Below, piece by piece: positions 19,014 to 29,513 of a stretch of 64,000 nt of DNA. The stretch comes from an uncultured Gemmatimonadaceae bacterium (lineage in GTDB: Bacteria; Gemmatimonadota; Gemmatimonadetes; Gemmatimonadales; Gemmatimonadaceae), in assembly GCA_963761305.1 (NCBI GenBank), contig CAVXGK010000002.1:736001-800000 (forward strand), written 5' to 3'. The notes below the pieces were generated by a model. It had not been told where the DNA came from, did not search any database, and saw only the letters and a list, made by a program, of their open reading frames with translations. The first letter of the stretch is position 1. Each line of letters opens with the position of its first letter. Made by a program: the position numbers and the translations under genes.

Positions 19014-20315
19014 ATGCCCCCACGCACGCTCTCGTCTCTCGCCCACGCGCTAACTGTCTCGGCCGATCCCGACGCCGCGCTCGCCGCTTTGGGCGAAGCG
19101 TTGGCGGAAGTCGATCGCGTCGCACGGCTCGCGCTGGTTCATTTCGACGAACGGCGCGAGATGCTGGTCGAGCGGTTGCTGCTCACGCCCGCCGGTTTGG
19201 AACGCGTGGCGCTCGACACGACGTTCGATCATCTGCCCACGCGAGAGCGCACGGCGATCGCCGCCGGCGGCCAGTTCGTCGACTTCGCCGACTCGAGCGA
19301 CGAGTTCGCGCGCCTGTTCCAGATTCCGTCTTTCGGTGAGTCGGGTTGGCTCAACGTGCGCGGGCTGCGCTATGACGGACACCTGAGTGCGCTGCTCGTG
19401 CTCTACGAGACGCGGAAACTGTTCGGAGCGCGCACGGCGGAACGTTTTCTCCCGGCCATCGCGCTGTTCGAGCTCGCATACCTTCGCTTTCTCGAGCGCT
19501 CGGCGCGCGACGAGGCGGTGCACACCCTGGAAGACGTCACCCAACGCGTCCACGGCGAGTACGAGACGCGGCTGGCCGAGCTGGAATCGCGACTCACGAA
19601 TACGAGCAGCGCACCCGACTCCAGCGACTCGGCGCGCGTGTTCGCTCTCGAGCGCGAGCTGGCGCGCGCGAACGAAGACGCGCGTCGCGCGTTGAAGCGC
19701 GCCGAGGCGGTCGACGCGACCGTTGCCTCGGCGGTGGAACAGCTCGAAAAGGCCCACGTCGAGCTCCACCGCCGAAGTGAAGCAGTGCGTCAGAAGACAC
19801 GCACTATCTTTCTCATTGACAAGGTCTTGACCGTCGACGCCTCGACCGATGATCCGCGTCAGTTGGCCGACGGCCTCCTGTCGCTGGTCGGCGACGAGAT
19901 GCACGCGCAGCGCTGTTCGCTGATGCTCCGAACACCCGAAGGTGATTCGCTCTACATCGCCGCGGCGAGGGGCGTCGCGCCGGGCGTGCTGGAGGGAATG
20001 CGAGTGGCGATGGGGCAGGGAGTTGCCGGGCGCGTCGCCCTCGCGCGAGAGCCCGTGCTCGTCCGCGACGCAACCGAGGCGCACACCCATCCGCTGCTGC
20101 AGGACGGGCACTTTACGACGGGCTCGTTCATTAGCTTCCCCTTGGTCTATCACGACGAGCTGGTCGGCGTCGTGAACGTGGCGAACCGCGCCATGCAGGG
20201 GATCTTCACCGAAGAGGATGTGGACCGCGTGCGCCTGCTCGGCCTCGTGATCTCGATCGTCGCCTCACACGCCCGACTGCCGGACCGCCTCGTTGAGGCG
20301 CTCAGTGTCCGGTAG
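19014..20315 (+). CDS. GAF-domain protein (GAF-like / coiled-coil / GAF) without an output domain
   Basis: C-terminal GAF (RCSLML, GQGVAGRVA, SFISFPL, LVGVVNV, FTEED); central heptad-rich helix. Confidence 0.75.
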   Translation: MPPRTLSSLAHALTVSADPDAALAALGEALAEVDRVARLALVHFDERREMLVERLLLTPAGLERVALDTTFDHLPTRERTAIAAGGQFVDFADSSDEFARLFQIPSFGESGWLNVRGLRYDGHLSALLVLYETRKLFGARTAERFLPAIALFELAYLRFLERSARDEAVHTLEDVTQRVHGEYETRLAELESRLTNTSSAPDSSDSARVFALERELARANEDARRALKRAEAVDATVASAVEQLEKAHVELHRRSEAVRQKTRTIFLIDKVLTVDASTDDPRQLADGLLSLVGDEMHAQRCSLMLRTPEGDSLYIAAARGVAPGVLEGMRVAMGQGVAGRVALAREPVLVRDATEAHTHPLLQDGHFTTGSFISFPLVYHDELVGVVNVANRAMQGIFTEEDVDRVRLLGLVISIVASHARLPDRLVEALSVR

Positions 20316-21357
20316 CTCGCCGGCAAACGCACTTCTCTCCACCGTACGTCGTCTCACCGCGGGCGAGGCTCCCGACCCGCTGGAGCTGACGGCCGCCTTT
20401 GACGTCGTGTTCAACGGCGACGCGACCCCCGCCCAGATCGCCGCTCTGCTGATCGGGCTGCGGGTGAGGGGCGAAACACCGGCGGAGCTCGCCGCTGTCG
20501 TCAGGTCGTTCCGCGGTGCGATGGTGCATTTGCCGGCCGATCGCCCTGACGAACTGGTAGACACGTGCGGAACCGGCGGCGGCTCGATCAACACGTTCAA
20601 CATCTCGACCGCCGCCGCATTCGTCGCGGCCGGGAGTGGTCTGCGGGTCGCGAAACACGGCAACCGGTCGTTCACGACCCAATGCGGCAGCGCCGACATC
20701 CTCGAGGCGCTCGGCGTGTCGATCGAAGCGCCGGTGACGACCATGGCGTCGGCGCTCGCCGAGGCGGGAATCGTGTTCATGTTCGCGCCGCTCATGCATC
20801 CGGCGATGCGACACGTCGGCCCGGTTCGACGCGAGCTCGGCGTGCACACGGTAATGAACCTCATCGGACCGCTCGCGAACCCGGCCGGAGCCGGTCGTCA
20901 GGTCGTCGGCGTCTCCGACGCGAGGCGACTTCCGCTCATCGCCGGCGCGCTGGCTGAGTTGGGAGCGGTGCACGCGCTCGTCCTCCACGGCGAAGGGATG
21001 GACGAGATCTCCCCGTTCGCCGACAGCAAAGTGATCGAGGTCCGCGGCGGCGCGATGAGCGAGTGGACGATTAGCCCCAAGCGCTACGGGTTCGGAAGCG
21101 GCTCACCCGATCAGATCGCGGGCGGCGTTCCGGCCCAGAACGCCGAGACGGTGCTCGCCGTACTTCGCGGCTCGGGCAACGCGCCGGCGACGGCCGCCGT
21201 CGTTCTCAACGCTGCCGCCGCGCTTTACGTGGGCGGCTCCGCCCCGACCTTCGACGACGCTGTGGCTTCGGCGAAAGAAGCGGTCAAGTCAGGAGTGGGG
21301 CTCAATGCACTCGAACGCCTGCGCAAGGCGTTCGTGCGACCGACTGCTCAGGCCTGA
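20305..21357 (+). CDS. trpD: Anthranilate phosphoribosyltransferase
   Basis: DTCGTGG, TFNIST, KHGNRS, GSADILE, NLIGPLANP. Confidence 0.96.
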   Translation: MSGSSPANALLSTVRRLTAGEAPDPLELTAAFDVVFNGDATPAQIAALLIGLRVRGETPAELAAVVRSFRGAMVHLPADRPDELVDTCGTGGGSINTFNISTAAAFVAAGSGLRVAKHGNRSFTTQCGSADILEALGVSIEAPVTTMASALAEAGIVFMFAPLMHPAMRHVGPVRRELGVHTVMNLIGPLANPAGAGRQVVGVSDARRLPLIAGALAELGAVHALVLHGEGMDEISPFADSKVIEVRGGAMSEWTISPKRYGFGSGSPDQIAGGVPAQNAETVLAVLRGSGNAPATAAVVLNAAAALYVGGSAPTFDDAVASAKEAVKSGVGLNALERLRKAFVRPTAQA

Positions 21358-21369
21358 CGACTAGTTGTC

Positions 21370-21390
21370 CTACCGGTCTACCGGTCTACC
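21370..21390 (-). repeat. 8-bp tandem repeat (GGTAGACC) directly after the lexA stop
   Basis: ctaccggt-ctaccggt-ctacc on the + strand. Confidence 0.7.
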
Positions 21391-21999
21391 TCAGTACCGC
21401 CGTAAGACTCCAACGACGATTCCCTGGATCTTGATGTCGTTCTCGTGGAGGTACATAGGCTGCATCGTCTCATTGGCCGGTTGAAGGCGAATGCGGCCGT
21501 CGCGCTCCCGGTAGAACTTCTTGACCGTCGCCGACGAGCCGTTGAGCAGGGCGATCACCATTTCGCCGTTGTCGGCCCGCTGTCGCTCGTTCACGACCAC
21601 GAAGTCGCCGTCGCGAATCTGCTCGTCGATCATGGAATTGCCGCGGACTCGGAGCACATAGTGGCTGCCGGACCGGCCGATCAGCGCCTCCGGGACAGTG
21701 AGCGTCTCACCATGCTCGAGGGCCTCGATGGGAACGCCGGCCGCGACAGCGCCGAGCAGCGGGAGCTCGATCGCCCGCGGTGACGCCTCGGTCGGCAGGA
21801 TCTCGATCGCGCGGCTTTCATTGTAGCTTCGCTTGATGTAGCCCTTGCGCTCGAGGTTCGTCAGGTGCTCGTGGACCGTGGCGAGCGAGTTGTAATCAAA
21901 GTTCTCGGCGATCTCCTCGAAGCTCGGCGCGAAGCCGTTTTGCTCGGTGTACGCCGTGAGATAGTTTAGTATTTCGCGCTGGCGCTTCGTGAGCGGCAT
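21391..21999 (-). CDS. lexA: SOS repressor LexA
   Basis: LTKRQREIL, PSFEEIA, VAAG (Ala-Gly cleavage site), GNSM (Ser), ATVKK (Lys). Confidence 0.97.
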   Translation of the reverse strand: MPLTKRQREILNYLTAYTEQNGFAPSFEEIAENFDYNSLATVHEHLTNLERKGYIKRSYNESRAIEILPTEASPRAIELPLLGAVAAGVPIEALEHGETLTVPEALIGRSGSHYVLRVRGNSMIDEQIRDGDFVVVNERQRADNGEMVIALLNGSSATVKKFYRERDGRIRLQPANETMQPMYLHENDIKIQGIVVGVLRRY

Positions 22000-22046
22000 G
22001 GACAGTGACCTGTTCAGTCGGGTTGATGGTCTCGTGACCCGGGGCA

Positions 22047-22095
22047 CCGAAGAAGACCCGAATCCAACGATATCCGAATAGGTACCGAAGTGCAA
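22047..22095 (-). promoter_or_regulatory. lexA promoter with two tandem direct-repeat candidate operators
   Basis: Minus strand TTGCAC(22095-90)-17 nt-TATCGT(22072-67); CCGAA-N6-CCGAA at 22047-22062 and 22074-22089. Confidence 0.75.
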
Positions 22096-22926
22096 GCGTC
22101 GACTGCTTGGACCGCGCCTGGGGGTACCCTCGGACGCCTCGTCGCCGAGGCGCGGCGGCGCGTCGACGCTTTGATCCCGAGGCGGGGCGAGCTCGAGCAA
22201 GCGGCCACGCGCATCGCCCGTCCGCCCGAGTTCGGCAGCGCACTTCGCCGCCGCGACGTCGCCGTTGTCGCCGAGGTGAAGCGACGGTCGCCGTCCAAGG
22301 GTTGGATCAACGCAGGGCTCTCGGCCGTCGACCAAGCGCAAGCATACGCGACCGGCGGCGCGGCTGCGATCTCGGTGCTCACCGAGCCCGATCACTTCGG
22401 CGGATCGGTGGACGACCTCGTTGCCGTGCGCGAAGCCGTCTCGGTGCCCGTGCTGAAAAAGGACTTTCACGTCGATCCGATTCAGCTGGTCGAAGCGAAG
22501 GCGATCGGCGCATCCGCGGCGCTGCTCATCGTTCGCGCGCTGTCGCCCGACGCGCTGGTCGAGATGGTTCGTGCCGCCGACGAGCTGGGGCTCGAGGTGC
22601 TGCTCGAGGTTCGAGACCTCGAGGAACTGAGCCGCGCCGTGGACGCCGCATCGAGCAGCAACACCGCGACGGTCATCGGCGTGAACAACCGCAACCTCGA
22701 GACGCTGGTCATCGACTCCGGTCGCGCCGAAGAGCTGATCGACAAGATCCCGACGCGCTTCGTGGCGATCGCCGAGAGCGGCGTCAGTGGTCGGCGCGAC
22801 GTGGAGCGCATCGCGGCAAGCCACGCCGATGCCGTGCTCGTTGGCTCCGCCGTGTCGGCGGCTGCCGACCCGTGCGCGTCGGTGCGAGATCTCACGAACG
22901 TGCCGAGGCAACCCCGTGCTGTCTGA
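22090..22926 (+). CDS. trpC: Indole-3-glycerol-phosphate synthase
   Basis: AEVKRRSPSKG, ISVLTE, LKKDF, GVNNRNL, AESGV. Confidence 0.96.
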   Translation: MQASTAWTAPGGTLGRLVAEARRRVDALIPRRGELEQAATRIARPPEFGSALRRRDVAVVAEVKRRSPSKGWINAGLSAVDQAQAYATGGAAAISVLTEPDHFGGSVDDLVAVREAVSVPVLKKDFHVDPIQLVEAKAIGASAALLIVRALSPDALVEMVRAADELGLEVLLEVRDLEELSRAVDAASSSNTATVIGVNNRNLETLVIDSGRAEELIDKIPTRFVAIAESGVSGRRDVERIAASHADAVLVGSAVSAAADPCASVRDLTNVPRQPRAV

Positions 22927-23584
22927 GCGCTCCGGTCCGGCCATCAAGTTCTGCGGACTCACGCTGGCGGAAGACGTGACCTACGCGGCCGAGCTGGGCG
23001 CGTCATACGTGGGCGTGATCTTCGCCAGCGGGCCTCGTTTGCTGACCGAGGATCGAGCGGCCGCGGTGTTGGCGGACGTGCCGCGGGACGTGGGACGCGT
23101 CGGCGTCTTCGGCGATCAGCCGCCGGCCGAGATCGCCCGAATCGCGCGGCGGCTGTCGCTTCGGGCGGTGCAACTGCACGGGGCAAGTGATGTCGCGCGC
23201 GTCGACGCGGTGCGGAGCGCTGTCGACGCCGAGGTGTGGCCGGTGATCCGCATCCCGGGGAGCTCGCTGCCGCCCCACGCGACCGGGATCGCTGCGATCT
23301 CCGACGTGCTCTTTCTCGACTCGTTCGTCGACGGATCGCTCGGCGGGTCGGGGGTGGCCTTCGCTTGGGACGAGATGGCGACCAAGATTCAATCACTGCG
23401 AATCGGCAAGCGCGTCGTGTTGGCCGGCGGTCTTCGTCCGGACAACGTGGCGCGGGCGATCGCGGCGATTTCGCCGGACGTGGTGGACGTCTCATCGGGC
23501 GTCGAGTCGGCGCCCGGCATCAAGGATCACGACCGAATGCGCCTGTTCCGCGATGCAGCGATTCTGACATCGATACCGAAATGA
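22916..23584 (+). CDS. trpF: Phosphoribosylanthranilate isomerase
   Basis: IKFCGLT, VQLHG, LAGGL, DVSSGVE. Confidence 0.95.
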   Translation: MLSERSGPAIKFCGLTLAEDVTYAAELGASYVGVIFASGPRLLTEDRAAAVLADVPRDVGRVGVFGDQPPAEIARIARRLSLRAVQLHGASDVARVDAVRSAVDAEVWPVIRIPGSSLPPHATGIAAISDVLFLDSFVDGSLGGSGVAFAWDEMATKIQSLRIGKRVVLAGGLRPDNVARAIAAISPDVVDVSSGVESAPGIKDHDRMRLFRDAAILTSIPK

Positions 23585-24771
23585 CGGCGACCGAGCCACG
23601 CACCGATCGGTTCGGCGCCTTCGGCGGCCGCTACGTCCCGGAGACGCTGATTCCGGCCATCGACGAGCTGGAGCGCGCCTACGACGAAGCCCGCGCCGAT
23701 CCAGGGTTCGTCGCCGACCTGGAAGAGATGCTCACGAACTACGTGGGTCGCCCGTCCGCGCTGACGGACGCTCCGCGCTTTTCTGAGCACGTCGGCGCGC
23801 CCGTGTGGCTCAAGCGCGAAGATCTGAACCACACCGGCGCGCATAAGATCAACAACACGGTCGGCCAGGCGCTGCTCGCACGGCGCATGGGTAAGCGCCG
23901 GATCATCGCGGAGACCGGAGCGGGGCAGCACGGCGTGGCGACGGCGACGGTCTGCGCGCGGTTCGGCCTCGAGTGCGTCGTGTACATGGGCGAGGAAGAC
24001 ATGCGCCGGCAGGAGCTGAACGTCTTCCGCATGCGGCTCATGGGCGCGAAAGTCGTCGGCGTGTCGAGCGGCACGCAAACGCTCAAGGACGCGACGACGG
24101 AAGCGATCCGCGACTGGGTGACCAACGTCAACGACACCTACTACATCATCGGATCCGTCGTCGGACCGGCGCCGTACCCGCGCATGGTGCGCGATTTTCA
24201 GTCCGTGATCGGACGGGAGGCGCGCGCGCAGATGCTCGAACGCGCCGGCCGCTTGCCGAAAACGGTCGTGGCGTGCGTCGGCGGCGGGTCGAACGCCATG
24301 GGCGCGTTTCACGCGTTCGTCGACGACGCGGCCGTGGAGCTGGTCGGCGTGGAGGCGGCGGGCGAAGGGCTGAACACCGAACGTCATTCGGCGTCGCTGG
24401 CGCGCGGGCGTCCGGGGGTGCTCCACGGTTCGCTCAGTTATCTGTTGCAGGACGAGTTCGGGCAGGTGCATCCCGCGCATTCGATTTCCGCAGGGCTCGA
24501 CTATCCGGGCGTCGGGCCGGAGCACTCGTACCTCAAGGACACCGGGCGCGCGCAGTACGTCGCCGTCTCGGACAAGGAAGCGCTCGAGGCGTTCGGCCTT
24601 CTCAGCCGGCTGGAAGGAATCATTCCGGCGCTGGAGACGGCGCACGCCGTGAGCTGGATCGCATCGCAGCGCGGGCGGTGGAATCGCGACGAGCCGGTGC
24701 TCCTGTGCGTGAGCGGCCGCGGCGACAAGGACGTGGCGCAAGTCAGCTCGATGAGTATTCTCGAACCGTGA
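23581..24771 (+). CDS. trpB: Tryptophan synthase beta chain
   Basis: [43 protein letters not shown]. Confidence 0.98.
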   Translation: MTATEPRTDRFGAFGGRYVPETLIPAIDELERAYDEARADPGFVADLEEMLTNYVGRPSALTDAPRFSEHVGAPVWLKREDLNHTGAHKINNTVGQALLARRMGKRRIIAETGAGQHGVATATVCARFGLECVVYMGEEDMRRQELNVFRMRLMGAKVVGVSSGTQTLKDATTEAIRDWVTNVNDTYYIIGSVVGPAPYPRMVRDFQSVIGREARAQMLERAGRLPKTVVACVGGGSNAMGAFHAFVDDAAVELVGVEAAGEGLNTERHSASLARGRPGVLHGSLSYLLQDEFGQVHPAHSISAGLDYPGVGPEHSYLKDTGRAQYVAVSDKEALEAFGLLSRLEGIIPALETAHAVSWIASQRGRWNRDEPVLLCVSGRGDKDVAQVSSMSILEP

Positions 24772-26504
24772 CGTCGCCTACGTCGCCGCCCGTGTCGTCG
24801 CTCAGGCCGCCGTCGGCACCGTCCGACGCGACCGAGCTCCCGTTCCCGCCGGCGCCGATCGAAGAGTGGCTGCGGCTCCTCGCCAAGGCGGGCCGCGCCC
24901 TCCAGCTCTACCTGCCGAACAATCCGATCTACCGCAGCGCGATCGACGCGCTCCGCGCGGGCTTCCGTCCGATCTGGGCGCAGACCGACGAGTTCACCCT
25001 CACGGTCGGCGAGACGGACCTGCGCTGGCACGACGCGGTCGTGTCGAGCGATTCGAACATGGGAAAGACGGCGGACAATCTCGCCTGGCTGTTGTACAAG
25101 GACGGCCTGCGCGAGGTGACCTTCGAACGCGGATTCGAAGACGCGGAGTGCGTCAAACTGCTGGAGATCATTCAACGTGCTCGGCATGCGCAGCCTGACG
25201 ACGATGACCTCGTCGCCATGTTGTGGGAAGCCGACTTGTCGTTCCTCAAGTACCGCTACATCGATCTCCTGCACGACGGATCCGGCGGCGATCCGACCGA
25301 CGGCACCACCGCACAACCGGCGACGCCGGGCGAGGTAGCCGCGGCGGCCCACGAGCCGCCGCCCGAGACGAACGTCGCCTCCGTCGTCAACCTCGCCGAC
25401 TTCGATTCGACGCTCTACTTCCTCGACGAATCGGAGATCGAGTACCTGCAAGGAGAGATCGCGCGCGAATATCAGCAGGATCTCCGCGCGAACGTCGTCG
25501 CCGCCCTGTTCGACATCGTCGACGCGCAACAGAATCCCGCAGTGCGAGTCGAGGCGATCGAGAACGTCCACACGTTGATGGCGTTTCTCCTCGTCGGCAG
25601 CCATTTCCGCGGCGCGGCGTACGCGCTGCGCGAGTCGCAGGAGTCGCTGACGCGCGCCGGTGAGCTCTCGCCCGAGCACAAGCAACGGCTGGGCGACCTG
25701 GCCACCCGCCTCAGCGCCCCGGACACACTCGCCCAGTTGCTCCAGGCGCTGGACGATGCGTCCGACCTGCCGCCGCCGGAGGATCTGCAGGCGCTGTTCG
25801 AGCAGCTGCAGCCGGTGGCGCTCGCGACCGTGTTTCAGTGGTTGAATCGCTCGCGCAACGAGCGTCTGCGCCCCTTGCTCGAGTTGGCCGCTGAACGACT
25901 CGCGTCGGCGAATACCGCGCAGCTCGTGAAGCTCATCGACTCGCCGGATCCCGAGGTCGCGCTCGAAGCGATCCGTCGATCGGGCGGTCTCAAAGCGCAG
26001 GGCGCCGTGCCGCAGCTGGCGAAGGTTCTCGCCGGCGGCGACGACGAGCGGCGACAGCTCGCGGTCGGCGCGCTTACGGCGATCGGCTCGCCCGGCGCGC
26101 TGCAAGCCCTCGAACGCGCGCTCGAGGACGAGAGTCGCGACGTCCGCGTCGGCGCCGCACGCGCCTATGCGTCGCAGCCGCACAAACCGGCCGCGGCGCG
26201 TCTCGAGGCGGCGGTGAAGGGCAGGATTCGCGACGCGGACCTCACCGAGCGCATGGCCTTCTTCGAGGCGTACGGCGCGGTGACGGGTGAAGCCGGCATT
26301 GTGCTGTGCGACAACATTCTCAACGGACGAGGCTTCCTCGGCCGGCGCGAAGACGACGAGCTCCGCGCGTGCGCGGCGATGGCGCTTGGCCGCATTGGAA
26401 CTCCGAAGGCACTCGAGTCGTTGCGGAAGGCCGCGGGCGAGAAGGACGTCATCGTGCGGAACGCGGTGACGCGCGCGCTGCGCGGCCCGGGAGCCGGCCA
26501 GTGA
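24768..26504 (+). CDS. HEAT-repeat protein with N-terminal LYxxNNP domain
   Basis: C-terminal HEAT-like repeats ([29 protein letters not shown]); GTGA overlaps at both ends. Confidence 0.8.
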   Translation: MTSPTSPPVSSLRPPSAPSDATELPFPPAPIEEWLRLLAKAGRALQLYLPNNPIYRSAIDALRAGFRPIWAQTDEFTLTVGETDLRWHDAVVSSDSNMGKTADNLAWLLYKDGLREVTFERGFEDAECVKLLEIIQRARHAQPDDDDLVAMLWEADLSFLKYRYIDLLHDGSGGDPTDGTTAQPATPGEVAAAAHEPPPETNVASVVNLADFDSTLYFLDESEIEYLQGEIAREYQQDLRANVVAALFDIVDAQQNPAVRVEAIENVHTLMAFLLVGSHFRGAAYALRESQESLTRAGELSPEHKQRLGDLATRLSAPDTLAQLLQALDDASDLPPPEDLQALFEQLQPVALATVFQWLNRSRNERLRPLLELAAERLASANTAQLVKLIDSPDPEVALEAIRRSGGLKAQGAVPQLAKVLAGGDDERRQLAVGALTAIGSPGALQALERALEDESRDVRVGAARAYASQPHKPAAARLEAAVKGRIRDADLTERMAFFEAYGAVTGEAGIVLCDNILNGRGFLGRREDDELRACAAMALGRIGTPKALESLRKAAGEKDVIVRNAVTRALRGPGAGQ

Positions 26505-27961
26505 CCGCTCCAACGAAAGCCGCCCCCGCCGCGGCGAGCGACCCGATCTCCGACTCGCAGGTTCGCCGCGCGGGACGGCAGCTCACCTTCGCTCTCTACG
26601 GCGCCCTTCGCGCGGTCAAGCTCTATCCGGTCGAAAACGCCGCGGTGCAAAAGGCGCTCGCCGACGTGACCGCACAGGCCAAGGGATTGATCGAGGCCGC
26701 GGGCGAGCTCGAGCTCCGTATGTCCGGCGAGTTCATCTTCGTGAATCAAACGCGGCTTCGGCTCGACCTCGACAACTTCGCCAGCTTCAGCCATCTGCTC
26801 ACGCTCTTTCGTGGATCCGGCATCGGCAGCATCACGCTCGGTACGACGGTGAGCGCGAAAGATTGGCTCATTTTTTTGTCGCTGCTGCAGGCGCCGAGCG
26901 CCGACGAACCGTCGGCGCGATTCGATCAATTGATCGAGAAGCTGGCCGCCGCCGGCGTGTCCTCGTTCAGGCTGACGCCGCCGACCGATCACGGCGACGA
27001 CGATCGCGAGAAGGCGAAAGAGCGCGCGAAGCGCACGTACGCCCAGTCGGTCGCCGCCACGCGCGACTTGATGACGTCGGTGCGCATGGGTGCCGGCGCG
27101 AACATCAAGAAGGTGAAGCGCGTGGTGCAGGGAATCGTCGACCAGATCCTCAACGAGGAGACGTCCCTCCTCGGGCTCACCACCCTGCGCGACTATGACG
27201 AATACACGTTCACGCACAGCGTGAACGTCTGCATCTTCTCGGTGGCGCTCGGGAAACGGTTGGGTCTCTCCAAGCTCCAGCTCTACGACCTCGGGATGGC
27301 CGCGCTCTTTCACGACATCGGCAAATCGCGCGTGCCGCAAGAGCTGCTGAACAAGACGGACGGGTTGTCGGAGCAGGAATGGGTGCAGATGTCGGCGCAT
27401 CCGTGGCTGGGCATCTTGGCGCTGTTCACGCTGCGCGGCGCGGAGGAACTGCCGTACCGCGCGATGGTCGTCGCGTACGAGCATCACATGAAGCTCGATT
27501 TGAGCGGCTACCCGCGGCCGGCCCGCGCGCGGCAGATGAGCGTCTTCAGCAAAATCGTGGCGATCGTGGACAGCTTCGACGCGGCGACGAGCCGCCGCGC
27601 GTATCAAACCGTGCCGTGGAGTCCCGCCGACGTGATGCGCGAGATGCGCGACAATCCACGGCGCGGCATGGACGCGGTCATCCTCAAGGCGTTCATCAAC
27701 CTGACCGGCGTCTATCCCGTCGGCACGCTGGTCGTGCTGGACACGTTCGAGCTGGCGATCGTACACGCCGTCAATCCGATCCAGGACATGTTGTCGCGGC
27801 CGATCGTGCGCGTCATCGCCGACGCGATGGGGAACCTCTCGCATCCCGGCACGCTGGCGGATCTCGCCGACCGAAACGCCGAAGGCGTGTATCTTCGCAC
27901 GATCATCAAGACCGAGGACCCACAGCGGTATGGCATCCGGATCGGCGACTATTTCGTCTGA
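26501..27961 (+). CDS. HD-GYP domain protein (cyclic-dinucleotide phosphodiesterase family)
   Basis: YTFTHSVNV, HDIGK, HHMKLDLSGYP, DSFDA, RRAYQ. Confidence 0.88.
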   Translation: MTAPTKAAPAAASDPISDSQVRRAGRQLTFALYGALRAVKLYPVENAAVQKALADVTAQAKGLIEAAGELELRMSGEFIFVNQTRLRLDLDNFASFSHLLTLFRGSGIGSITLGTTVSAKDWLIFLSLLQAPSADEPSARFDQLIEKLAAAGVSSFRLTPPTDHGDDDREKAKERAKRTYAQSVAATRDLMTSVRMGAGANIKKVKRVVQGIVDQILNEETSLLGLTTLRDYDEYTFTHSVNVCIFSVALGKRLGLSKLQLYDLGMAALFHDIGKSRVPQELLNKTDGLSEQEWVQMSAHPWLGILALFTLRGAEELPYRAMVVAYEHHMKLDLSGYPRPARARQMSVFSKIVAIVDSFDAATSRRAYQTVPWSPADVMREMRDNPRRGMDAVILKAFINLTGVYPVGTLVVLDTFELAIVHAVNPIQDMLSRPIVRVIADAMGNLSHPGTLADLADRNAEGVYLRTIIKTEDPQRYGIRIGDYFV

Positions 27962-28730
27962 CGTCATCGCGCGGCGTTTCGCCGAGCTCCGTGCGCGCAA
28001 GCGACGGGCGCTCGTTCCGTACATCACCGCCGGCCATCCGGACGCTGATCGAACGGTCGAGCTGATGCGCGGGCTGGAAGACGCCGGCGCCGACGTGATC
28101 GAGCTCGGACTTCCGTTCTCGGATCCGATGGCCGACGGCCCGGTCATTCAAGCGAGCTCGCAGCGCGCCCTCGAGCTCGGGATGAACTTCGACAAGCTGC
28201 TCGAGCTGGTGGCTCGCGCCAACGTGGGCGTGCCGCTCGTGCTGTTCAGTTACCTGAATCCAATTCTCGCCGCCGGCGACGACGCGCTGCGGCGCGCGGC
28301 GCAGGCGGGAATGAGCGGCCTGCTGCTCACCGACCTGCCGGTCGGCGCGGATCCGGAGCGAGAAGCGTGCATCGGCGCCGGCCCGCTCGAGTTCATCCGC
28401 CTCGTCGCACCCACGACGCCGCTCGACCGCATGCGCGAGATCGCGGAGCACGGACGCGGCTTCGTGTACCTCATCAGCCGCCTCGGCGTGACCGGCGCCC
28501 GCGACGACCTGCCGTCGGAACTGCCGGCGACCGTTCGCCGGCTGCGTGAAGCGACGTCGCTCCCGGTGTGCGTCGGGTTCGGCGTGTCGCGCCCGGAGCA
28601 GGCGGCGCGGGTCGCGACGATCGCCGACGGTGTCGTCGTCGGCAGCGCGATCGTGCGCGCCGCCGGAGAAAGCGTTGCCCAGGCTGTCGCCCTCGCATCG
28701 TCGCTGCGCGCGGCGATCGACGCCGCGTGA
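27930..28730 (+). CDS. trpA: Tryptophan synthase alpha chain
   Basis: IELGLPFSDPMADGPVIQ, SYLNP, LVAPTT, GVTG, VGFGV. Confidence 0.97.
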   Translation: MASGSATISSDVIARRFAELRARKRRALVPYITAGHPDADRTVELMRGLEDAGADVIELGLPFSDPMADGPVIQASSQRALELGMNFDKLLELVARANVGVPLVLFSYLNPILAAGDDALRRAAQAGMSGLLLTDLPVGADPEREACIGAGPLEFIRLVAPTTPLDRMREIAEHGRGFVYLISRLGVTGARDDLPSELPATVRRLREATSLPVCVGFGVSRPEQAARVATIADGVVVGSAIVRAAGESVAQAVALASSLRAAIDAA

Positions 28731-29110
28731 TTCGCCGCGCCGGCAAACCCACCGCGCCGGAGAAAGGGTCGGCCGTGGAGATCACGCTGCGCGCGATGCG
28801 CTTTCATGGACTCGTCGGCATTCTTCCGCACGAGCGCGACATCCCGCAGCCGATCGAGATCGATCTCACGGTGACCGTGGCGAAGGGAGAAGGCGTGATC
28901 GACTATCGCGAGCTCTACGCCATCGCCGCGAACGCCGTCGTCGGACAGACAAGCTTTCTCGAGGGACTGGCCGACCGCGTCGCCCAATCGGCGCTGGATC
29001 ATTCACCGCGCATTCGCACCGCGCGCGTCGCCGTGCGCAAACCGCACGTCGCGCTTCCCGGACCGCTGGCATACGCGGAAGTCATCGTCGAGCGCCGTGC
29101 CGATGCGTGA
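28727..29110 (+). CDS. folB: Dihydroneopterin aldolase
   Basis: MRFHGLVGILPHER, IDY, LEGLA, VRKP; start could be GTG at 28775. Confidence 0.88.
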   Translation: MIRRAGKPTAPEKGSAVEITLRAMRFHGLVGILPHERDIPQPIEIDLTVTVAKGEGVIDYRELYAIAANAVVGQTSFLEGLADRVAQSALDHSPRIRTARVAVRKPHVALPGPLAYAEVIVERRADA

Positions 29111-29513
29111 CGTCGCCTACATCGCGCTGGGGTCGAACCTCGGCGATCGCGCGCGACACCTGGCCCACGCGCGCGACGCGATCGCGCGCCTGCCCGACAG
29201 CCGGGTCGTCGCCGAGTCGGCCGTGGAGGAGACGGAACCGCTGGGGCAGCTCGAACAGCCGGCCTACCTGAATCAGATGGTCGCGGTCGAGACGTCGCTC
29301 ACGCCGCGAGAATTGCTCGATCGGCTGCACGCGATCGAAGCGAGCGAAGGCCGCCTGCGACGCGACCGGTGGGAGTCGCGCACGTTGGATCTGGACATCG
29401 TGTGCTTCGACGAACAGACGGCGCGCGAGCCTGATCTCGAGGTGCCCCACCCGGGACTCGCCGAGCGCGAGTTCTGGCAACGGGAACTGGCCGCACTCCG
29501 GGAGCAACGATGA
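29103..29513 (+). CDS. folK: 6-hydroxymethyl-7,8-dihydropterin pyrophosphokinase
   Basis: YIALGSNLGD, YLNQM, RTLDLDI, VPHP. Confidence 0.95.
   Translation: MRDVAYIALGSNLGDRARHLAHARDAIARLPDSRVVAESAVEETEPLGQLEQPAYLNQMVAVETSLTPRELLDRLHAIEASEGRLRRDRWESRTLDLDIVCFDEQTAREPDLEVPHPGLAEREFWQRELAALREQR

Noticed and set aside
22000..22090. trp attenuator or leader peptide
   Set aside because: No Trp-codon leader ORF or terminator/antiterminator is visible before trpC or trpD
21391..22962. 523-aa 'long LexA'
   Set aside because: The upstream part is antisense to trpC; LexA begins at 21999 behind its own promoter
24501..28147. Long antisense ORFs (670 and 660 aa), with similar cases at 50050..52200 and 54663..55931
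   Set aside because: Shadow ORFs expected in high-GC coding DNA; no motifs, and opposite well-supported genes
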